From positions 1 through 30,828 of the forward strand of contig NW_021832356.1 in NCBI RefSeq assembly GCF_006345805.1: a stretch of DNA of 30,828 bases. The letters run 5' to 3'. Source of the DNA: Octopus sinensis. Lineage: Eukaryota. The notes under the pieces are model-generated. The model did not search any database and had not been told where the DNA came from. It saw only the letters and a program-made list of their open reading frames with translations. This document shows positions 21,907-30,828 of this stretch, in pieces; position 1 is the first letter of the stretch, and each line of letters opens with the position of its first letter. The position numbers and the translations under genes are program-made.

Positions 21907-22078
21907 ACATCATCATCATCAACATCATCTTCATCATCATCATCATTGTCATCATCATCAACATCATCATCATCACCATCATCTTCATCATCATCATCAT
22001 TGTCATCATCATAAATTATCATCATCATCATCATCAACATCATCATCATCATCATCATCATTGTCATCATCATCAATT

Positions 22079-22113
<35 letters not shown>

Positions 22114-22436
22114 TGTCATCATCATCATCATCATCATCATCAACATCATCTTCATCATCATCATCATGTCAATCATCATCATACATCATCATCATCAACA
22201 TCATCATCATCACATCATCATCATCAAACTCATCTTTCATCATCATCATTGTCATCATCATCATCATCATCATCATCAACATCATCATCATCATCATCAT
22301 CATTGTCATCATCATCAACATCATCATCATCAAATCATCATCATCATCATCATCATTGTCATCATCATAAATTATCATCATCATCATCATCACTCATCTT
22401 TATCATCATCATCATTGTCATCATCATCAATTATCC

Positions 22437-22467
<31 letters not shown>

Positions 22468-22650
22468 TGTCATCATCATCATCATCATCATCATCAACAT
22501 CATCTTCATCATCATCATCATTGTCATCATCATCAACATCATCATCATCAACATCATCATCATCATCATCATCATTGTCATCATCATCAACATCATCATC
22601 ATGAACATCATCATCATCATCATCATCATTGTCATCATCATCAATTATCC

Positions 22651-22705
<55 letters not shown>

Positions 22706-22900
22706 ACATCATCATCATCACCATCATCTTCATCATCATCATCATTGTCATCATCATCATCATCATCATCATCAACATCATCATCATCATCATCATCATC
22801 AACATCATCATCATCATCATCATCATTGTCATCATCATCAACATCATCATCATGAACATCATCATCATCATCATCATCATCAACATCATCATCATCATTG

Positions 22901-22939
<39 letters not shown>

Positions 22940-23123
22940 ACATCATCATCATCACCATCATCTTCATCATCATCATCATTGTCATCATCATCATCATCAT
23001 CATCATCAACATCATCATCATCAACATCATCATCATCATCATCATCATTGTCATCATCATCAACATCATCATCATCAACATCATCATCATCATCATCATC
23101 ATTGTCATCATCATCAATTATCC

Positions 23124-23174
<51 letters not shown>

Positions 23175-23286
23175 CATCATCATCATCACCATCATCTTCA
23201 TCATCATCATCATCATCAATTATCATCATCATCATCTTCATCATCATCATCATTGTCATCATCATCAATTATCATCATCATCATCT

Positions 23287-23329
<43 letters not shown>

Positions 23330-24050
23330 TTATCATCATCATCATCTTCATCATCATCATCATTGTCATCATCATCAATTATCATCATCATCATCTTCAT
23401 CATCATCATCATTGTCATCATCATCAATTATCATCATCATCATCTTCATCATCATCATCATTGTCATCATCATCATCATCATCATCATCAACATCATCTT
23501 CATCATCATCATCATTGTCATCATCATCACCATCATCATCATCATCACCATCATCTTCATCATCATCATCATTGTCATCATCATCAATTATCATCATCAT
23601 CATCTTCATCATCATCATCATTGTCATCATCATCAATTATCATCATCATCATCTTCATCATCATCATCATTGTCATCATCATCATCATCATCATCATCAA
23701 CATCATCTTCATCATCATCATCATTGTCATCATCATCACCATCATCATCATCATCACCATCATCTTCATCATCATCATCATTGTCATCATCATCAATTAT
23801 CATCATCATCATCATCATCATCATCACCATCATCTTCATCATCATCATCATTGTCATCATCATCAACATCATCATCATCAACATCATCTTCATCATCATC
23901 ATCATTGTCATCATCATCAACATCATCATCATCACCATCATCTTCATCATCATCATCATTGTCATCATCATCAACATCATCATCATCAACATCATCTTCA
24001 TCATCATCATCATTGTCATCATCATCAACATCATCATCATCACCATCATC

Positions 24051-24081
<31 letters not shown>

Positions 24082-24229
24082 ACATCATCATCATCAACAT
24101 CATCTTCATCATCATCATCATTGTCATCATCATCACATCATCATCATCACATCATCATTCATCACATCATCATCATCATCATCATCAACATCATCATCAT
24201 CATCATCATCTTCATCATCATCATCATTG

Positions 24230-24302
<73 letters not shown>

Positions 24303-24517
24303 CATCATCATCATCTTCATCATCACCATCATTGTCATCATCATCACCATCATCACCATCATCACCATCATCATCATCCTCATCATCATCATCTTCATCA
24401 TCATCATCATTGTCATCATCATCACCATCATCACCATCATCATCATCTTCATCATCATCATCATCATCATCATCAACATCATCATCATCATCATCATCTT
24501 CATCATCATCATCATTG

Positions 24518-24590
<73 letters not shown>

Positions 24591-25137
24591 CATCATCATC
24601 ATCTTCATCATCACCATCATTGTCATCATCATCACCATCATCACCATCATCACCATCATCATCATCCTCATCATCATCATCTTCATCATCATCATCATTG
24701 TCATCATCATCACCATCATCACCATCATCATCATCTTCATCATCTTCATCATCATCACCATCATCACCATCATCATCATCATCATCATCTTCATCATCAT
24801 CATCATCATCACCATCATCACCATCTTCATCATCATCATCACCATCATCACCATCATCATCATCTTCATCATCATCACCATCATCACCATCATCATCATC
24901 TTCATCATCTTCATCATCATCACCATCATCACCATCATCATCATCATCATCATCTTCATCATCATCATCATCATCACCATCATCATCATCTTCATCATCA
25001 TCACCATCATCACCATCATCATCATCTTCATCATCATCACCATCATCACCATCTTCATCATCATCATCACCATCATCACCATCACCATCATCATCATCAT
25101 CATCACCACCATCATCATCATCATCTTCAACATCAAT
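19340..25137. repeat. ~5.8-kb interrupted (CAT)n satellite with higher-order repeats
   Basis: CAT backbone punctuated by recurring CAC, CTT, CATTGT, CAA and CAATTAT variants. Confidence 0.97.
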
Positions 25138-25259
25138 TCTAATGGAAAAAAATTATTAGCCAATCATATTTTCTTTCTTTGTTTTTGTTTTGTTTTTCTT
25201 TTTTTTAATTCTGCTGAATAAAAAAAAAAAGGGAAAAGACAATTAAAAAGACTCAACAA

Positions 25260-25678
25260 CGCCACCACCACCGCCCACACTTCTTCTGACACACACCACC
25301 TCCACCACCGCCACCTCCATCACCACCACCGCCGCCACCACCTCCATCACCACCACTGCCACCACCACCTCCATCACCACCACCACCACCACAATCACCT
25401 CACCACCACCACCACCACCACCACTGCCACCGCCACCTCCATCACCACCACTGCCACCGCCACCTCCATCACCACCACTGCCACCACCACCACCACCACC
25501 ACCACTGCCACTGCCACCTCCATCACCACCACCACCACTGCCACCACCACCACCACCACCTCCACCATCACCTCCACCACCGCCACCACTACCACCACCT
25601 CCTCCTTCACCACCACCATCACCTCCACCACCGCCACCACCACCACCACCGCCGCCACCACCACCACCCTCACCCACA
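25260..25678. repeat. (CAC/CGC/CTC)n C-rich trinucleotide array
   Basis: Direct reading. It accounts for the poly-Gly and poly-Val ORFs. Confidence 0.92.
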
Positions 25679-26170
25679 CCAGAACAGAGATGGAAAACAC
25701 GAAAAACAAACATTAGATCTGTGTCACAAAGAGACGAATTAACAACGGTTGCCATTTTCGATGGTGGAACCAACATGGTGGCTATGTCTGTCCGTCTGTC
25801 CGTCACGCAATGTTCCTTGAATGCTATGGCTACAAACATCACACAATTATCTGCGAGCTCTAGCGATGAAAGGAAGGCTGTAGTAAGCAGTGGTAGCAGT
25901 AGTAGCAGGGAATAGATTGCGTGGTGATAACTGAGGTGATCCTTTCACAATGGTTATCACCTGCTTTTGCTCCCCTTTTTTTTCTTTTCCTTTTTATTTT
26001 TCCTTTTCTTTTACCTTCTTTCCTTCTTGTGATTTTCTGCTGTTCTGTCATCGTTACTGGTGCCATTTCTAATAGCAAAGGCGAGATCAACAGCCACAGC
26101 TATAATAACAGGAGAGACTAACAGCTACAGCATTTACATCATTATTCAGCTACATTAGCATAGACATATA

Positions 26171-26770
26171 CCTATTTCTTTACTACCCACAAGGGGCTAA
26201 ACACAGAGGGGACAAACAAGGACAGACAAAGGGATTAAGTCGATTATATCGACCCCAGTGCGTACCTGGTACTTATTTAATCGACCACGAAAGGATGAAA
26301 GGCAAGTCGACCTGCGGGATTTGAACTCAAAACGTAGCGGCAGACGAAATACCTATTTCTTTACTACCCAAGGGCTAAAACACGAGGAGGACAAACAAGG
26401 ACAGACAAACGGGTTAAGTCGATTACATCGACCCCAGTGCGTTACTGGTACTTATTTAATCGACCCCGAAAGGATGTAAGGCAAAGTCGACCTCGGCGGA
26501 ATTCGAACTCAGAATGTAACGGCGGACGAAATACCTATTTCTTTACTACCCACAAGGGGCTAAACACAGAGGGGACAAACAAGGACAGACAAACGGATTA
26601 AGTCGATTATATCGACCCCAGTGCGTAACTGGTACTTATTTAATCGACCCCGAAAGGATGAAAGGCAAAGTCGACCTCGGCGGAATTCAAACTCAGAACG
26701 TAATGGCAGACGAAATACCACAAAGGATTTCGCACGGCGTGCTAACATTTCTGCCAGCTCACCACCTTAT
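26171..26770 (-). mobile_element. Family C SINE with its 3' ~181 bp in three tandem copies, flanked by a 15-bp direct repeat
   Basis: Units start CCTATTTCTTTACTACCC at 26171, 26352 and 26534. The head appears once (~26717-26766). CATAGACATATACCT occurs at 26159-26173 and 26771-26785. Confidence 0.9.
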
Positions 26771-26814
26771 CATAGACATATACCTACACACACACACACA
26801 CACACACACATACA

Positions 26815-27130
26815 TCTATATATATAAAACTGAGAATGTTATCTGTCTGTTTGTCTGTATGTATGCATCACTAAAACAGAAGAACTCCCCAACCGATTTC
26901 ATTCAAATTTTATGCATGCCTTGCTTTGGGTTTATGCAGTGTCATGGGCCCAAAGAATTTTCATCTTCTTGCTTAATGTGAACCTGGAGCAAGCTCTTAT
27001 CTCTTACACTGTTTCAGTATTACGTGTCAAAAGTGAAACAATAACGTCTCTATTGTAATGTTTCATATTTAGGTGCTTTTATTGAATTTATTCAGTTGTT
27101 AAACATAAATAAATCTTGGAATTAAATGAT
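26815..27130 (+). mobile_element. Helitron-like 5' portion
   Basis: A|TCTATATATATAAAA start, TGTCTGTTTGTCTGT tract and AACCGATTTCATTCAAATTT motif. No CTRR end found, so the 3' boundary is a guess. Confidence 0.45.
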
Positions 27131-27193
27131 TTACTGTCAGGTGACTTTTGGCCAAGCCTGTATGTAATATCATAAAAGGGACATGTCTTTCAT

Positions 27194-27398
27194 GTTAGTT
27201 CACAGCATCAGTCTTTTCCAGTGTCTGCTGCTGAAGAGGAGATAACCACTTTGAAATGCATGCATCCAAGACTCTGGCTAGGGAGCATTGGGGGGTTGAT
27301 GTATTTACACCTATTCGCCAACAGCGAGAAATTTTCCCCAAGGCAAAATACCTCCTCTTCAGTAGCGGAAACTGGAAAGGCAGATGTTGTGAACTGAC
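27194..27398. repeat. ~50-bp imperfect inverted repeat with CTGAAGA-centred arms
   Basis: Left arm GTTAGTTCACAGCATCAGTCTTTTCCAGTGTCTGCTGCTGAAGAGGAGATA. Reverse complement of right arm GTCAGTTCACAACATCTGCCTTTCCAGTTTCCGCTACTGAAGAGGAGGTA. Confidence 0.85.
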
Positions 27399-27457
27399 TT
27401 GAGATATTCACATCGTTCTCCTTTGGATATTCTCCTCATTGTTCAAAACTGTTTAAA

Positions 27458-27786
27458 AAGAGAACTCCATCGGTTATGACGACGAGGGTCCCAGCTGATA
27501 CGATCAACAGAACAGCTTGTTCATGAAATTAACATGCAAGTGGTTGAGTACTCCACAGACCCACACACCCTTAATGTAGTTCTCAGGGAGATTCAGTGTG
27601 ACACAGAATGTAACTAGGCTGGCCCTTTTGAATTACTGGTACTACCCCATTTTGCCAGCTGAGTGGACTGGAGCAGTTTGAAATAAAGTGTGTTGCTCAA
27701 GGACACAACGCATCACCAGGAATTGAACTCAAGACCTTACAATCATGAGTCGAATGCCCTAACCACTAAGCCATGTGCCTTCACAT
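27458..27786 (-). mobile_element. Family D tRNA-derived SINE, near full length
   Basis: On the reverse strand: A-box TGGCTTAGTGG, B-box GAGTTCAATTCC, CORE/V-like GTGTCCTTGAGCAACACACTT, and tail ...GGGACCCTCGTCGTCATAACCGATGGAG. Confidence 0.8.
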
Positions 27787-27870
27787 TTAAGCATATGTGT
27801 TCTGTTTAGTCTGGCTTAACATGGAGACCGATTCCTTTGGTTGAATGTTCACGACCATTAGAATACTCAC

Positions 27871-27920
27871 GAGGAACATCGAAATACTCGAGGCAACCAC
27901 TGAATGGTTCCAACCGTTAT
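27871..27920 (-). CDS. Candidate 50-nt internal exon of an unidentified gene
   Basis: Acceptor cccctcacacacactattcAG, donor CTC|GTGAGT. Two open frames: (D)NGWNHSVVASSISMFL or ITVGTIQWLPRVFRCS. Confidence 0.35.
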
Positions 27921-28158
27921 CTGAATAGTGTGTGTGAGGGGAGGGGGGCTTTCCAAGTGTAAACAGGAAATGGTTATGGAACTGACCAACTGGCCACAGG
28001 AGAGTCTGTGAAGCAAACATCAAATGGACATGGATAGAATTAATGTAGGAATTTATGGCAAGGAATCTGAATTTGATCTGTTGTTTGAAGAATGTGTGTG
28101 TATGTATGTGAATATATGTGTGTGTGTATGTATGTATGTATATATGTGTGTATATATA

Positions 28159-28192
<34 letters not shown>

Positions 28193-28347
28193 TATATATA
28201 TTATTATATATATATATATATATATATAGTAGAGTAAACACAAAAATGTGAAACAAGGTGGAAAAAAGAGTACTCAAACAGGGGTAGAGTAATATGCTTA
28301 TTGAAAAGCAGCAGATTTGTTTGAATTTTCTGCGGCTTTTAAATAAA

Positions 28348-28385
<38 letters not shown>

Positions 28386-28407
28386 TCATGTGTGTATGTA
28401 TATGTAT

Positions 28408-28784
28408 GTGGCTGTGTGGTAAGTAGCTTGCTAACCAACCACATGGTTCCGGGTTCAGTCCCACTGCGTGGCACCTTGGGCAAGTGTCTTCTACTATAGC
28501 CTCGGGCCTACCAATGCCTTGTGAGTGGATTTGGTAGACAGAAACTGGAAGAAGCCCGTCATATATATGTATATATATATATATGCATGTTTGTGTGTCT
28601 GTGTTTGTGCCCCTAGCATTGCTTGACAACCGATGCTGGTGTGTTTATGTCTCCGTTACTTAGCGGTTCGGCAAAAGAGACCGATAGAATAAGTACTGGG
28701 CTTACAAAAGAATAAGACCCGGGGTCGAGTTGCTCGATTAAAGGCGGTGCTCCAGCATGGCCACAGTCACATAACTGAAACAAG
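28408..28784 (+). mobile_element. Family B SINE, near full length
   Basis: Head-to-tail match to the other copies. Confidence 0.9.
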
Positions 28785-28803
28785 ATATATATATACATAT
28801 ATA

Positions 28804-28958
28804 CGATGGGCTTCTTTCAGTTTCCATCTACCAAATCCACTCACAAGGCTTTGGTCGGCCCTAGGCTATAATAGAAGACACTTGCCCAAGGTGCCATGCA
28901 GTGGGACTGAACCCAGAACCATGTGGTTGGTAAGCAAGCTACTTACCACACAGCCACT
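28804..28958 (-). mobile_element. Family B SINE 5' half, inverted
   Basis: Reverse complement of the head through GAAAGAAGCCCATCG. Confidence 0.9.
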
Positions 28959-29009
28959 TGGTAAATATTAAATAATTTAGTTTTTTCACTATTGCAAAAT
29001 AATATTAAT

Positions 29010-30004
29010 TACCATAAATCCGCATTTTTTTTCTGAAAATTTAAAGGTCAAAATCTCAAGTGTGTACTATATACGAGGTTAAAAATGAAACATATTTTCT
29101 AAGCAATGTCTGAGTCTCTATTTGCTGTCTGGCAATGTTTATTCAGACGCATTTTGTGATGTCGGGCACAAAAATACCTTAAGCTAAGCCTGAAAGCAAT
29201 GAAGTCATAAAAGAATCATCCATAACTTGCAGTAAGCAACATTTATTAAAATAAAAGTATTCAGAACATAGAATAACAAGTAACAAAAACAATTTACAAA
29301 CATATTTACATTCCTATATAACAGTTAAGAACATCACCATTATTGTATTACGCATGCGCGGAAGTGTTTGTTCGACTAGGTGCTGCTGGCTTAATTACGC
29401 ACGGCTCGAATTAGAGAAGGGGTGCGTATTATACACAAGGTTTAGGTTTTTCAGAGGTACAGCCCCCTAAACTTGCAGTAAGCAACATTTATTAAAATAA
29501 ATTCAGAACACAGAATAACATGTAACAAAAACAATTTGCAAACATATTTACATTCCCATATAACAGTTAAGAACATCACCATTATTGTATTACGCATGCG
29601 CGGAAGTGTTTGTTCGACTAGGTGCTGCTGGCTTAATTACGCACGACTCAAGTTAGAGAAGGGGTGCGTAGTATACACAAGGTTAGGTTTTCAGAGGTAC
29701 AGCCCCCTAAACTTGCAGTAGCACAATTTATTAAAATAAATTCAGAACACAGAATAACATGTAACAAAAACAATTTGCAAACATATTTACATTCCCATAT
29801 AACAGTTAAGAACATCACCATTATTGTATTACGCATGCGCGGAAGTGTTTGTTCGACTAGGTGCTGCTGGCTTAATTACACACGGCTCAAATTAGAGAAT
29901 GGGTGCGTATTATACACAAGGTTTAGGTTTTTCATAGGTACAGCCCCCTTAAAATCCCCTGCATATTATACTGAAGGACGGATAATACTCGAAGCCTTAC
30001 GGTA
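29010..30004. mobile_element. Probable non-autonomous Tc1/mariner (pogo-type) DNA transposon
   Basis: Left end TACCATAAATCCGC; right end reverse complement TACCGTAAGGCTTCGAGTATTATCCG. TA at both ends, but the TIR match is poor on the left. Confidence 0.4.
29225..29950. repeat. Three tandem ~240-245-bp units
   Basis: AACTTGCAGTA(A)GCA starts at ~29225, ~29470 and ~29710, and the units are near-identical. Confidence 0.95.
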
Positions 30005-30379
30005 CTGAATTTGTTATATAAGCTTAAAAGAGGCTTTTATTTTACCATGTCTTATTGCAAACCGCATACATAAATAAAGCGTTCGTGGTGTACGGTAGAC
30101 ACCACCAAATTATATTCGTAAATTTAGATTACTTTTTTTTTACTGTACTGTATCGAAAAGTCAAAATTATTTGTTTGTAAGCTTAAAATAGGTTTTTAGT
30201 ATCCATTTATTATTGAAAAGGCATTCATAAATAAAGTGCAGACCTGGGAATGGTTATTATCAGTTTAGCCTAGAGACAAGCAAATTTGACTTCAGTGTCA
30301 CGTCTCCAGGAACCAATTAATGATGTAGATTAAGATATGCCTGTGTGTATATATACAAATGTATATATACACATATATA

Positions 30380-30440
<61 letters not shown>

Positions 30441-30448
30441 TTTATATA

Positions 30449-30488
<40 letters not shown>

Positions 30489-30732
30489 CATACATACTTA
30501 CATACACATACACGTATATATATATGAATATATATGAAATATATAATTACCAAGGGACCAGAATGCAAACATATGTAGGTTTTTTGGGAGTCTACTATTG
30601 TGTTTTTTTAAAAGAAATTATTTGTATTTATACAATAACAAATTACGATGCACATAAATTAGCTATATATTCTCAACTCCCCACTTTCTTACATTATTAA
30701 TTTTACCTATATATATATATATATTATATATA

Positions 30733-30828
30733 TATCACGTGATCACGTGACCGACCAGACCATCAGATGTTGTACACATCAGTGGTCACAATGCGCTTTG
30801 CATTGTTTTAGCCTTCGAATGACGCCAC
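30733..30828 (-). mobile_element. Family E 3' end, running off the window edge
   Basis: Reverse complement of ~18390-18490. Confidence 0.8.

Noticed and set aside
19285-25221. Very long ORFs (up to 1016 aa) of poly-H/S/I/M/D
   Set aside because: They are direct translations of (CAT)n, which lacks stop codons in most frames. No coding evidence.
25719-25890. Plus-strand exon ending GTA|GTAAGC (ORF 25721-25915)
   Set aside because: A-rich, poor acceptor, and no recognisable homology.

Overview
AT-rich, repeat-dominated eukaryotic DNA with no intact long protein-coding ORF. Nearly all long ORFs in the track are microsatellite artefacts. The SINE families present point to an octopus/coleoid cephalopod genome (inference from recognising the repeats; not verified by search). 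Contents: (i) about 20 full or partial copies of a tRNA/CORE-type SINE (called B here), including a 9-unit tandem array of its promoter half; (ii) other SINE-like families, called A, C, D, E and F here; (iii) two Penelope-like element (PLE) relics, an RT C-terminus at ~252-558 (-) and a GIY-YIG endonuclease end at 6261-6470 (+); (iv) a dispersed ~250-280 bp repeat in three copies, each with a minimal hammerhead-ribozyme-like core, plus a separate inverted pair with a similar core at ~27.2-27.4 kb; (v) the 3' end of an L1/Tx1-like LINE inside (GATA)n; (vi) a TTAA piggyBac-type MITE, Helitron-like pieces and a probable Tc1/pogo-type element with an internal triplication; (vii) a 96-bp minisatellite and a 5.8-kb (CAT)n array with higher-order structure; (viii) a few short candidate minus-strand exons, suggesting the window may be intronic. 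The most notable signal is the set of hammerhead-like motifs, some of them in inverted pairs. All alignments were done by eye, and element boundaries are approximate unless a TSD or TIR is quoted.
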